Shown one piece after another: positions 22,539-32,247 of a stretch of DNA of 64,000 nucleotides. The translations under genes and the position numbers were made by a program. The stretch comes from Arcobacteraceae bacterium (lineage in GTDB: Bacteria; Campylobacterota; Campylobacteria; Campylobacterales; Arcobacteraceae). The stretch lies in assembly GCA_963662945.1 (NCBI GenBank), contig OY759974.1, forward strand, positions 1,280,001-1,344,000. Reading direction: 5' to 3'. The stretch's first letter is position 1. Each line of letters begins with the position of its first letter. Under the pieces are notes generated by a model. It searched no databases, was not told where the DNA came from, and worked only from the letters and a program-made list of their open reading frames with translations.

Positions 22539-23527
22539 TGAAATATTTGATATTAGGTAGTAACTCCTTTTCAGCAAGCTCTTTTATAAATTATATACTT
22601 AATCATGAATTAAATTGTAAAATCTTTGCTATTAGTCGTTCAAAAGAATATGACGCCTGTCAATTACCATATAAAAATAATACTAAGTTAAATAATGTTC
22701 ATTTTTTTCAATATAATATAAATACTGAAACAGACAAGATTGTACAACTTATCGCTGATGAAAAAATTGAATATATTTTAAACTTTGCTGCACAAGGAAT
22801 GGTTGCTCAAAGTTGGGATAATCCAGAGCAATGGTTTCAAACAAATAGTTTAAGTTTGGTGAAACTAGTTGATAAGATTTATAATTTCCCGTTTATAAAA
22901 AAATTTATACAAGTTTCAACCCCAGAAGTTTACGGCTCTTGCAATAATATCAAAGAATCTATGTGTTTTTATCCATCTTCACCATATGCAGCTTCAAAAG
23001 CTAGTGCAGATCTTATTCTTTATACTTATTTTTCTACACATAATTTTCCTATCAATTATACAAGAGCTTCAAATGTTTATGGTCCCTATCAGCAGTTGTA
23101 TCGAATAATACCAAAAACTATTCTTATGATTAAAAAAGGTGAAAAACTTCAATTACATGGTGGAGGAAAAGCTATAAGAAGTTTTATTCATATTAAAGAT
23201 GTTGCAGCAGCTACACTAAAAATAATACATGAAGCAAAAGCTGGGGAAATATATCACTTAAGCGATTCTAAAACTATACCTATTTATAATTTAGTGCAAT
23301 TGATTTGTGAATTAATGGGAAAAAATATTCATGATTGTATTGATATTGTAGAAGATAGAATAGGTCAAGATTCTTTATATTTAATGAATAATCAAAAAAT
23401 GATTGATGATTTTAATATGCAACCAAACGTATCTTTAAAAGAGGGAATCAAAGAAGTTATAAATTGGATTGAGTTAAACTATGAAGAATTACAGAAAAAA
23501 CCAGATTATTATAAACATAAAAGATAA
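22538..23527 (+). CDS. NAD-dependent NDP-sugar dehydratase/epimerase (RmlB/Gmd-like)
   Basis: GSNSFSA, STPEVYG, PSSPYAASK, NVYGP. Confidence 0.88.
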   Translation: MKYLILGSNSFSASSFINYILNHELNCKIFAISRSKEYDACQLPYKNNTKLNNVHFFQYNINTETDKIVQLIADEKIEYILNFAAQGMVAQSWDNPEQWFQTNSLSLVKLVDKIYNFPFIKKFIQVSTPEVYGSCNNIKESMCFYPSSPYAASKASADLILYTYFSTHNFPINYTRASNVYGPYQQLYRIIPKTILMIKKGEKLQLHGGGKAIRSFIHIKDVAAATLKIIHEAKAGEIYHLSDSKTIPIYNLVQLICELMGKNIHDCIDIVEDRIGQDSLYLMNNQKMIDDFNMQPNVSLKEGIKEVINWIELNYEELQKKPDYYKHKR

Positions 23528-23538
23528 AAGGAAGTGAA

Positions 23539-23832
23539 ATGAAGGATACAATACAATATACAAGATATGAATCTCCAGAGTTACAAAAGTGGAAACAATT
23601 ACCACAACTAACGCAGTTAGAAAAAATAGAAAGTTTAAGTCAAGATTTTAGAAATGAACTTAAAGTAATAAATGTAAAAGATCAAATGATTGAAGTAAAT
23701 GTTTATGTTCCAAAAGAACAAGTTTATCAGTTATTAGTAAATTATGAAAAATATTTAAGAGAGAAATTAGATAATATGCCTATTATTGTATTATTAAAGG
23801 AACGACTAGATGAAAACAAAAAAAGAAAATAA
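23539..23832 (+). CDS. Small hypothetical protein
   Basis: 97 aa, AAGGAAG RBS, overlaps start of RS2. Confidence 0.6.
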   Translation: MKDTIQYTRYESPELQKWKQLPQLTQLEKIESLSQDFRNELKVINVKDQMIEVNVYVPKEQVYQLLVNYEKYLREKLDNMPIIVLLKERLDENKKRK

Positions 23833-24928
23833 ATATATTTTAGATGCAACAAAAGTATATTGGCATCAAGAAAGAATAAAACAATGGGAAAAGGGAGAAA
23901 AAATTGCTCCTATTACCATTGATATGGCTCTTACAAGAGCATGTAATTATGGATGCCACTTCTGCTATGCTAGATTACAAGAAAATGATAGATTTGATAT
24001 AACAAAAGAGCATATTGATAACTTTTTAGAAGATTGTGCTGAAATGGGTGTTAAAGCTATATCTTTAGTAAGTGATGGTGAAAGTTCTTTATCCCCAATT
24101 TATGAGCATACCATTATAAGAGGTTCTGAACTAGGTATATCAATGGCTGCTGCAACACATGGATACAACACTAGATATGAAGCTTTAGAAAGAATTCTTC
24201 CTCATCTTACTTATCTAAGAGTCAATATATCTGCTGGTGAACCAAAAAGATATGCACAGATTATGGGTGTAAAAGAGGAAGCATTTTATCAAGTTATTCA
24301 GAATATCAAAGATATGGTTGAGATAAAGAAAAGAGATGATCTTGATGTAACAATTGGTATGCAAATGGTACTTATGCCTGAAGATGCTGATCAAGTAATT
24401 CCTTTGGCGAAACTAGGGAAAGAGATTCGTCCAGATTACTTAGTAGTAAAACACACAAGTGATAGTGAAGATGGGAAACTAGGTGTTGATTATTCTAAAT
24501 ATGCCGAATTAACGCATATTTTAGAAGAAGCCGAATCTTATAGCGATGAAAATTATCAAGTTTCTGTAAAATGGTCAAAAATTAATGCTGAAGGAAAACG
24601 AAGCTACCAAAGATGTTATGGACCACCATTTCAAATACAGATTTCAGGTTCAGGACTAGTGGCACCTTGTGGAATGTTTTTTAATGAACGATATAGCCGA
24701 TTCCATATTGGAAATATCACTCAACAAAGATTTAAGGATATAGTGCAAAGTGATCGATATTGGGAAATTATGAATCATATTGCTTCTCCAAATTTTGATG
24801 CACAAACTATGTGTGGTTCATTGTGCTTACAACACAAAGTTAATGAGTTTTTAGATAATTACAAAAAAGGTAATGTACAACTTAAGAAACCAAGTGGTAC
24901 ACCACCGAATCATATAAATTTTATATAA
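23810..24928 (+). CDS. Radical SAM protein with SPASM/Twitch-like domain (RS2)
   Basis: CNYGCHFC; C..GLVAPC..GNI..CGSLC; ends HINFI like RS1 (HVNFI). Confidence 0.9.
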   Translation: MKTKKENKYILDATKVYWHQERIKQWEKGEKIAPITIDMALTRACNYGCHFCYARLQENDRFDITKEHIDNFLEDCAEMGVKAISLVSDGESSLSPIYEHTIIRGSELGISMAAATHGYNTRYEALERILPHLTYLRVNISAGEPKRYAQIMGVKEEAFYQVIQNIKDMVEIKKRDDLDVTIGMQMVLMPEDADQVIPLAKLGKEIRPDYLVVKHTSDSEDGKLGVDYSKYAELTHILEEAESYSDENYQVSVKWSKINAEGKRSYQRCYGPPFQIQISGSGLVAPCGMFFNERYSRFHIGNITQQRFKDIVQSDRYWEIMNHIASPNFDAQTMCGSLCLQHKVNEFLDNYKKGNVQLKKPSGTPPNHINFI

Positions 24929-24937
24929 AGTATTTTA

Positions 24938-26350
24938 ATGAAAAAAGTATTTGTAAGTGGTGATTTTAATATATTACATCCTGGTCACTTAAGATTATTA
25001 AAATTTGCAAAAGAAAGTGGTGATTATTTAATAGTAGGAGTAAATAGTGATGCCATCAGTTATAAAGGCATTAACGAAGATATTAGATTAGAATCAATCA
25101 AAGCTACTAGTTATGTAGATGAAGCTTTTATACTTAATATCTCTCCACTAAAATATATAGAACAACATAAACCTCATATTGTGGTAAAAGGGAAAGAACA
25201 TGAAAATAGAGAAAATCCAGAATTAGAAGTTATTAACAGCTATGGGGGAAAACTACTATTTAGTTCTGGAGAAATTGGATTTTCCTCTATAGACCTTTTA
25301 AAACAAGAATTTTTACATACTAACTATAAAGTAGAGCATCATACAAAATATCTTAAAAGACATAATTTTAATTTTTCTGACTTAAACACTATAATCGATA
25401 AATTTAGCAACTTAAATATTCTTGTCATAGGAGATACAATTGTTGATGAGTATATTACTTGTGAACCTTTAGGTATGAGTCAAGAAGATCCAACTATTGT
25501 TGTGAGTCCCTTATTAAATGATAAATTTATAGGCGGTGCTGCTATTGTAGCTAGTCACGCTAAAACATTAGGTGCACATGTAAAATTTATCTCAGTGGTT
25601 GGAGATGATGAAAATCATTATTTTGTAAAAGAAGGATTAGAAAAACTAGATATAGATGTTTCACTGTATGTAGATAGTACTCGACCAACTACTTTAAAAC
25701 AGCGATTTAGAGCAAAAGACAAAACCCTCCTAAGGGTAAATCACCTTAAACATCATGGTATTAGTAAAGATATACAAAATGATATAATAAAAAACATTGA
25801 AAAAAATATTCAAGACATAGATTTAATTATATTTTCTGATTTTAGTTATGGTGTTTTAACAAATACCCTAATAAATAACATCTCAAATCTAGGTTTACAT
25901 CATAATATACTTATGTCTGCAGATTCCCAAAGTTCATCTCAAGTAGGAGATATATCTAAATTTAAAAATATGACCCTTGTAACACCAACAGAAAGAGAAA
26001 TTCGATTATCACTAAATGATTTTGAATCAGGGCTAGTTGTTTTATCCGAGAAGCTTGTAGAAAAAACTCATACAAAATTTATCTTTACTACACTTGGAAG
26101 TGAAGGTGTTATGATATATAATGATGAGAAAGAAGGGCTACTAACAGATAATATAAATGCTCTTGGAAATATTGTAAAAGATGTAAGTGGTGCTGGTGAT
26201 TCACTACTCACATGCAGTTCTATGGCATTATGTGTGGGAGCAACAATTTGGCAAAGTGCTTATTTAGGTTCATTAGCTTCAGCTATCCAAGTTAGTCGAT
26301 TAGGTAATGTTCCAATCAAAAAAGATGAACTTTTAAAAGAATTACAATAG
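24938..26350 (+). CDS. Bifunctional nucleotidyltransferase / PfkB sugar kinase (HldE-like, reversed domains)
   Basis: N-terminal GDFNILHPGH; C-terminal IGDTIVDEY, GGAA, DVSGAGD. Confidence 0.85.
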   Translation: MKKVFVSGDFNILHPGHLRLLKFAKESGDYLIVGVNSDAISYKGINEDIRLESIKATSYVDEAFILNISPLKYIEQHKPHIVVKGKEHENRENPELEVINSYGGKLLFSSGEIGFSSIDLLKQEFLHTNYKVEHHTKYLKRHNFNFSDLNTIIDKFSNLNILVIGDTIVDEYITCEPLGMSQEDPTIVVSPLLNDKFIGGAAIVASHAKTLGAHVKFISVVGDDENHYFVKEGLEKLDIDVSLYVDSTRPTTLKQRFRAKDKTLLRVNHLKHHGISKDIQNDIIKNIEKNIQDIDLIIFSDFSYGVLTNTLINNISNLGLHHNILMSADSQSSSQVGDISKFKNMTLVTPTEREIRLSLNDFESGLVVLSEKLVEKTHTKFIFTTLGSEGVMIYNDEKEGLLTDNINALGNIVKDVSGAGDSLLTCSSMALCVGATIWQSAYLGSLASAIQVSRLGNVPIKKDELLKELQ

Positions 26351-26353
26351 AAC

Positions 26354-27064
26354 ATGAAAGCATTACTTCTAAGTGCAGGTTTAGGAACAAGACTTCGACC
26401 AATCACTAATACAATTCCTAAATGTTTAGTACCTATTAATGGAAAACCTTTATTAGAGTATTGGCTGGAAAACCTTTCAAATGCTGGGATTGAAGAGTTT
26501 TTAATCAATACATCTTATTTAAGTGAACAAATTGAGGCATTTGTAAAAGATAGTCAATATCAAGAGAAAATAACTTTAGTTCATGAAAATGAATTGCTAA
26601 ATACTGGTGGAACAATAGTAAAAAATAGTAATTTTTTTGATGATAAACCTTTTATGTTAATTCATGCAGACAATCTCTCTTTTTGTGACTTTAAATCTTT
26701 TATAAATTCTCATAACGATAGACCAAAAAATTGTGAATTAACCATGATGTTATTTCATACAGATAATCCAAGTAGTTGTGGTATTGTCGAACTAGATTCA
26801 TCTAATAGAGTAATCAAATTTCATGAAAAAGTGAAAAATCCACCATCAAATATAGCAAATGGTGCCGTATACATTTGTGAACCTTCAATTATTGAGTTTT
26901 GTATCAATTTAGATAAAAAAAATATAGATTTTTCAAATGAAGTTTTGCCAAAATACATGGGAAAGATAAATACTTTTTTAAACGATATTTATCATAGAGA
27001 TATAGGAAATATAGAAAGTTATGCTTTGGCACAGATTGAAATACGAGAAATCAATTTTAATTAG
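26354..27064 (+). CDS. Sugar-1-phosphate nucleotidyltransferase (HddC-like)
   Basis: LSAGLGTRLRPIT..PK, TGG, FHEK, DIG. Confidence 0.85.
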   Translation: MKALLLSAGLGTRLRPITNTIPKCLVPINGKPLLEYWLENLSNAGIEEFLINTSYLSEQIEAFVKDSQYQEKITLVHENELLNTGGTIVKNSNFFDDKPFMLIHADNLSFCDFKSFINSHNDRPKNCELTMMLFHTDNPSSCGIVELDSSNRVIKFHEKVKNPPSNIANGAVYICEPSIIEFCINLDKKNIDFSNEVLPKYMGKINTFLNDIYHRDIGNIESYALAQIEIREINFN

Positions 27065-27122
27065 CATTTCTTAATATTAGTTTAATAAATATTTTGTTAC
27101 AGTAGCCATAAAGGATTTGATT

Positions 27123-28166
27123 ATGAATGTTAGAGAATTACTACTCACTGAAGATACTCCAATTATACAAGCCTTAGATATTATTGCAAAAGGTGCTAAA
27201 AGTATTGCCTTAATAGTTGATACAAATAATAAATTATTGGGAACTTTAAATGATGGAGATATTAGAAGAGCCCTTTTAAATAGTTATGATTTACAACAGC
27301 CGATTAAAGATATTTATCAACAAAATCCTTGTGTTTGTACTATAAATGACACAAAAGAATTTATTATACAAAAAGCAATCAAAAATAAAGTATATCAAAT
27401 TCCAATAGTAGATAATAACTACAAATTAGTAGATCTTGAAGATTTAGCCACTCTACTCACAAATGTTAAAAGGAAGAATAGAGTTTTTTTAATGGCAGGA
27501 GGATTAGGAACTAGACTACGACCTTTAACTACAAATACACCTAAACCCCTTCTTGAAGTGGGGAATAAGCCTATTTTAGAAACGATAATTGAAAATTTTG
27601 CAAAATATGGATTTGTAAATATAACTATAAGTGTAAATTATAAAGCAAATATGATAAAGGATTATTTTGGTGATGGTAGTCGTTTTGGAGTTAGTATTGA
27701 CTATATAGAAGAAACAAAAAGATTAGGCACAGCAGGTGCACTTGGACTTATTGACAATAAACCTACAGAACCATTTTTTGTCATGAATGCAGATTTATTA
27801 ACAAATATTAATTTTACCCATTTACTAGATTTTCACTCTTTTGAAAATTCAATTGCTACAATGTGTGTTCGAGAATATGATTTTCAAGTACCTTTTGGAG
27901 TAGTTGAAACTGAAGATGGAAATATTGTATCAATTAAAGAAAAACCTGTACATAAATTTTTTGTCAATGCGGGTATTTATACTTTATCACCTCAAGTATT
28001 TCAATATATTCCAATTAACACATTTTATGATATGCCAACATTATTTGAAGATTTGATACAAAATCAACATAAAACAATTTCATTTCCTATTCATGAATAT
28101 TGGCTTGATATTGGGAGAATTGAAGAGTTTGAGAAAGCTAATAATGAATATGACGAGGTATTTTAA
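27123..28166 (+). CDS. ptmE: CBS-domain nucleotidyltransferase (PtmE/LgaF-type)
   Basis: DGDIRR CBS pair, MAGGLGTRLRPLT..PKP, WLDIG. Confidence 0.85.
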   Translation: MNVRELLLTEDTPIIQALDIIAKGAKSIALIVDTNNKLLGTLNDGDIRRALLNSYDLQQPIKDIYQQNPCVCTINDTKEFIIQKAIKNKVYQIPIVDNNYKLVDLEDLATLLTNVKRKNRVFLMAGGLGTRLRPLTTNTPKPLLEVGNKPILETIIENFAKYGFVNITISVNYKANMIKDYFGDGSRFGVSIDYIEETKRLGTAGALGLIDNKPTEPFFVMNADLLTNINFTHLLDFHSFENSIATMCVREYDFQVPFGVVETEDGNIVSIKEKPVHKFFVNAGIYTLSPQVFQYIPINTFYDMPTLFEDLIQNQHKTISFPIHEYWLDIGRIEEFEKANNEYDEVF

Positions 28167-29027
28167 TTGAATATCTTAATTATTGGGTATGGTTCAATTG
28201 GAAAACGTCATGAACGTATATTGTCAACAATGCAAGATAGTACTTATAGCATAGATATTGTTACCAAGCAAAATATTGAACAAAAAAATACCTTTACAAG
28301 CATATCACAAATAAAAAATTTAAATAGATATGATTATTTTATAATAGCAAATGAAACTTACAAACATTCTCTTACACTAAAAACTATCGATAAACTTGTC
28401 AATCACAAAATAATTTTAGTTGAAAAACCATTATTTAAAGATTATGAAAAATTTCAGCCAAAAAATAAAGTTTTGGTTGCCTACAACTTACGATTTCATC
28501 CTATAATAGAGTTCTTAAAACCATATAAATTTATCTTTTTCAATGCTATTGTAGGACAAGATTTAAAACAATGGAGAGATAGAAATTATATTAAAAACTA
28601 CAGTGCAAAAAAACAATACGGAGGTGGTGTACTCCGTGATTTAAGTCATGAAATTGATTATATCCAATATCTAAATGGTAAAATTAAGGATATTCACTCT
28701 ACCATTGATAAAAAAAGTAACTTAAACATAGATGTAGAAGACATTGTTATAGGTAATGGAAAAACAAGAAATGCTATTATAGGATTTTCTATGGATTATA
28801 TAAGTAAAATACCATTTAGACAAATTATAGCCCATACAAAAAATGAAACTTTTATTTGTGATTTTATTTCAAATTCAATTAATAATAAAAAATTAAAAGA
28901 TATAGATAGGGACTATACCTATAGAGAAATGCATAAAGCAATTTTAAACAATAACTTTGATAAAGTTTGTACTTATAAAGAAGGTTTAAAAACTATGAAA
29001 GTAATACAAGAAATAGAAAATGAGTAA
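28167..29027 (+). CDS. Gfo/Idh/MocA oxidoreductase (PtmF/ElaA-like)
   Basis: IGYGSIGKRH, VEKP, YNLRFHP, GGGVLRDLSHEID. Confidence 0.82.
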   Translation: MNILIIGYGSIGKRHERILSTMQDSTYSIDIVTKQNIEQKNTFTSISQIKNLNRYDYFIIANETYKHSLTLKTIDKLVNHKIILVEKPLFKDYEKFQPKNKVLVAYNLRFHPIIEFLKPYKFIFFNAIVGQDLKQWRDRNYIKNYSAKKQYGGGVLRDLSHEIDYIQYLNGKIKDIHSTIDKKSNLNIDVEDIVIGNGKTRNAIIGFSMDYISKIPFRQIIAHTKNETFICDFISNSINNKKLKDIDRDYTYREMHKAILNNNFDKVCTYKEGLKTMKVIQEIENE

Positions 29028-29721
29028 TATCTTATGTACAATATGTGCCAGAGGTGGTTCTAAAGGTGTTAAAAATAAAAACATTAAATTACTTAATGGA
29101 AAACCTCTTATTGCATATACAATAGAACAAGCTAGAACAACAAATCTTTTTGATCATATAGTTGTTAGTACAGATTCTGATAAAATTGCTAATATTGCAA
29201 GAGAATATGGAGCAGAAATATTTTTTCAAAGAGATGCGGAAATGGCAAGTGATACAGCAGGAAAGTTAGATGTAATTAAAGATGCTTTTATAAAAAGTGA
29301 GCAATACTATAAAAAACAATTTGAGTATCTTATAGATTTGGATGTAACATCACCATTAAGAGATGCATCAGACATTACTAATTCATTTCAACAATTTTTA
29401 GAAAATAAAAATGATAATCTTATAACTGCAATGCCTAGTAGAAGAAGTCCTTATTTTAATTTAGTAGAATTACATAATGGAAAGGTTGTTTTATCAAAGA
29501 ATTTAGACTGTAAAGTAGTACGTAGGCAAGATGCCCCAAAAAGTTACGATATGAATGCTTCTATATATATTTGGAAAAGGGATGTTATTTTAAATGAGAA
29601 TAAACTTTTTCTTGAGAATACTGGCTTATACGTAATGCCTGAAGAGCGATCTATTGATATAGATACTGAATTAGATTATAAATTTGTAGAGTTTTTAATG
29701 AGGGAAAAAAACAATGATTAA
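29020..29721 (+). CDS. neuA: CMP-nonulosonate synthetase (LegF/PtmB/NeuA)
   Basis: ARGGSKGVKNKN, TSPLR, RRQD, SIDID. Confidence 0.9.
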   Translation: MSNILCTICARGGSKGVKNKNIKLLNGKPLIAYTIEQARTTNLFDHIVVSTDSDKIANIAREYGAEIFFQRDAEMASDTAGKLDVIKDAFIKSEQYYKKQFEYLIDLDVTSPLRDASDITNSFQQFLENKNDNLITAMPSRRSPYFNLVELHNGKVVLSKNLDCKVVRRQDAPKSYDMNASIYIWKRDVILNENKLFLENTGLYVMPEERSIDIDTELDYKFVEFLMREKNND

Positions 29722-30484
29722 AGGACAAGTTGTCGTAATAACTGGCGGTGCTGGACTTATAGGAAAAGAATTTGTAAAGGCTGTAGTTCAAAATAATGGT
29801 ATAGCAATTATAGCAGATATAAATGAGCAAGTTGGAATAAAAACAAAAGATGATTTATCAAAAGAACTTCGCACTACACAAATTGACTTTGTACAATTAA
29901 ATATTACATCAAAACATTCTATAAATGAAGCTATACATATTATTTCTTCTAAATATACAAAAATTGATGCCCTAGTTAATAATGCTTATCCTAGAAATCA
30001 AAACTATGGTAACCATTTTTTTGATGTTGAATATGAAGATTTTATTGAAAACCTAGGTCTTAATTTAGGTGGCTATTTTACTTCCTCTCAACAGTTTGCC
30101 AAGTATTTTCAATTGCAAGGATATGGAAATATTATTAATATATCTTCAATTTATGGAGTAGTTGCTCCAAAGTTTGAAATATATAATCATACGCCGATGA
30201 CTATGCCTGTAGAATACGCAGCTATAAAGTCTGGACTTATTCACCTTACAAAATATATGGCAAAATATTTTAAAGGAATGAATATAAGAGTGAATGCACT
30301 AAGTCCTGGTGGAATTTTTGATAATCAACCTAAGCTTTTTTTAGAACAATATAAAAACAATTGTTTGACTAAAGGGATGCTTAATGCAAGTGACTTAAAA
30401 GGTACTTTAATCTATTTGCTAAGTGATATGAGTCAATATGTTAATGGACAAAATATTATTGTCGATGATGGTTTTAGTTTATAA
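29714..30484 (+). CDS. ptmA: SDR oxidoreductase (PtmA/ElaC-like)
   Basis: TGGAGLIG, NNAYPRN, SSIYG, YAAIK. Confidence 0.8.
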   Translation: MIKGQVVVITGGAGLIGKEFVKAVVQNNGIAIIADINEQVGIKTKDDLSKELRTTQIDFVQLNITSKHSINEAIHIISSKYTKIDALVNNAYPRNQNYGNHFFDVEYEDFIENLGLNLGGYFTSSQQFAKYFQLQGYGNIINISSIYGVVAPKFEIYNHTPMTMPVEYAAIKSGLIHLTKYMAKYFKGMNIRVNALSPGGIFDNQPKLFLEQYKNNCLTKGMLNASDLKGTLIYLLSDMSQYVNGQNIIVDDGFSL

Positions 30485-30493
30485 AGGAAAAAA

Positions 30494-31639
30494 ATGAGTA
30501 ATAAAAAAATTTTTTGGTGTAAAAATTGTTTAAATATGTCTACAAGACCTAGAATATCATTTGACAATAGAGGTTGGTGTAATGCTTGTCAATGGATGGA
30601 AGAAAAGAAAACTATAGATTGGACGCCAAGGGAAATAGAATTACAAACATTATTAAATAAATATCGTTCTAAAAATAGTAACTTTGACTGTATTGTTCCT
30701 GTAAGTGGAGGTAAAGATGGTTCTTATGTTGCACATCAATTAAAACACAAATATAATATGAATCCCTTAACAATAACTGTTAAACCTGCATTATCTCTAG
30801 AAATTGGTGATCAGAATTTATCGAACTTTATTCAATCAGGTTATAATCATATACATATTTCAACTAACCCTATCGTATTAGATCGATTAAATAAATATGG
30901 ATTTATAGAAAAAGGATTTCCATATTATGGTTGGCTTATTGCTATCATGACCGCTGTAATTAAAACAGCAGCAAATTTTAAAATCCCATTAATCTTCTAT
31001 GGAGAAGATGGTGAAATAGAATATGGTGGTTCTACAGAAAGTAAAAATAAAGCACTCTATGATATAGAGTATATGAAGAGGGTATATCTTGAAGGTGGTC
31101 ATGAAAAAGTATTTGATAGAATCAAACAAGATGGTGATATAAGTGATGCTGATTTAGCCTTTTTTCAATTTCCAACAACAGATGAAATTTCTGAAGTTGG
31201 ATTATCATTTACACATTGGTCATATTTTGAAGCTTGGGATTCTTATCGAAATTATGTTGTTGCAAAAGAGCATTGTGGTCTTATAGAAAAAGATGATGGT
31301 AACCATGATACTTTTACAAACTTTGCTCAAAATGACCAAGCTTTATATGCCCTTCATGCATATATGATGTATTTAAAATTTGGTTTTGGAAGAGCAACTC
31401 AAGATGCAGGAATAGAAATTAGAAGAGGTTCTATGTCAAGAGACCAAGCGATAAATCTTGTCAATATGTATGACAATGCTTATCCTTATGATTTAATAGA
31501 TACCTATTTAGAATATTACAAAATGTCAAAAGAAGAATTTGATGCCGTTCTTGATAAATATGCAAATACAGATTTATTTGACAAGATTGATGGTATTTGG
31601 CAACCAAAATTTACAGTGGGAGAAGAATTTAGTTTATGA
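30494..31639 (+). CDS. N-acetyl sugar amidotransferase (PseA/PtmG/WbuX family)
   Basis: CKNC..CNAC, SGGKDG PP-loop, KFGFGRAT. Confidence 0.88.
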   Translation: MSNKKIFWCKNCLNMSTRPRISFDNRGWCNACQWMEEKKTIDWTPREIELQTLLNKYRSKNSNFDCIVPVSGGKDGSYVAHQLKHKYNMNPLTITVKPALSLEIGDQNLSNFIQSGYNHIHISTNPIVLDRLNKYGFIEKGFPYYGWLIAIMTAVIKTAANFKIPLIFYGEDGEIEYGGSTESKNKALYDIEYMKRVYLEGGHEKVFDRIKQDGDISDADLAFFQFPTTDEISEVGLSFTHWSYFEAWDSYRNYVVAKEHCGLIEKDDGNHDTFTNFAQNDQALYALHAYMMYLKFGFGRATQDAGIEIRRGSMSRDQAINLVNMYDNAYPYDLIDTYLEYYKMSKEEFDAVLDKYANTDLFDKIDGIWQPKFTVGEEFSL

Positions 31640-32247
31640 AACTTGTAATTATTGATTATGGTATGGGAAATATAAAATCACTTATTAGTGCTTATAACTA
31701 TATCGGTGTTCACAATATCATTCTTTCAAATAATTATCAAGAAATTAAATCTGCAGATAAAATATTACTTCCTGGTGTTGGCTCTTTTTTTCAAGCAATG
31801 CAAAATATCAAGAATTTAGAACTTGACAAATATCTCGAAGAAATTGTACTTTCTGATAAAAAACCAATTTTAGGAATTTGTCTGGGGATGCAACTTTTAG
31901 GTTCAAGCAGTGAAGAAGATGGTTTTACAGAAGGATTAAATTTTATCGAAGCAAGCTGTAAAAAATTCAAACAAGCTAATTTAAAAGTACCGCATGTTGG
32001 TTTTAATCAAGTAAATATAAATAAAAACTCTAAATTGTTTTTAGAACTAGAAGACAAAAGTGATTTTTATTTTACCCATAGTTATAAAATGTCTACAAAA
32101 AAAGATATTAATGAATCAACTTGTGTATATGGAGATAATTTTGTTGCAGCCTTTGAATATGGTAATATTTTAGGTACACAATTTCATCCGGAGCTGAGTC
32201 AAACTAATGGCTTACAAATATTAAAAAACTTTATTGAGAAATTTTAA
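31636..32247 (+). CDS. HisH-like glutaminase (WbuY-like)
   Basis: DYGMGN, LPGVG, GICLGMQ, QFHPE. Confidence 0.88.
   Translation: MKLVIIDYGMGNIKSLISAYNYIGVHNIILSNNYQEIKSADKILLPGVGSFFQAMQNIKNLELDKYLEEIVLSDKKPILGICLGMQLLGSSSEEDGFTEGLNFIEASCKKFKQANLKVPHVGFNQVNINKNSKLFLELEDKSDFYFTHSYKMSTKKDINESTCVYGDNFVAAFEYGNILGTQFHPELSQTNGLQILKNFIEKF

Noticed and set aside
20153-24928. RiPP cluster (radical SAM/SPASM plus small protein)
   Set aside because: No precursor-like peptide, protease or exporter; all neighbours are sugar enzymes
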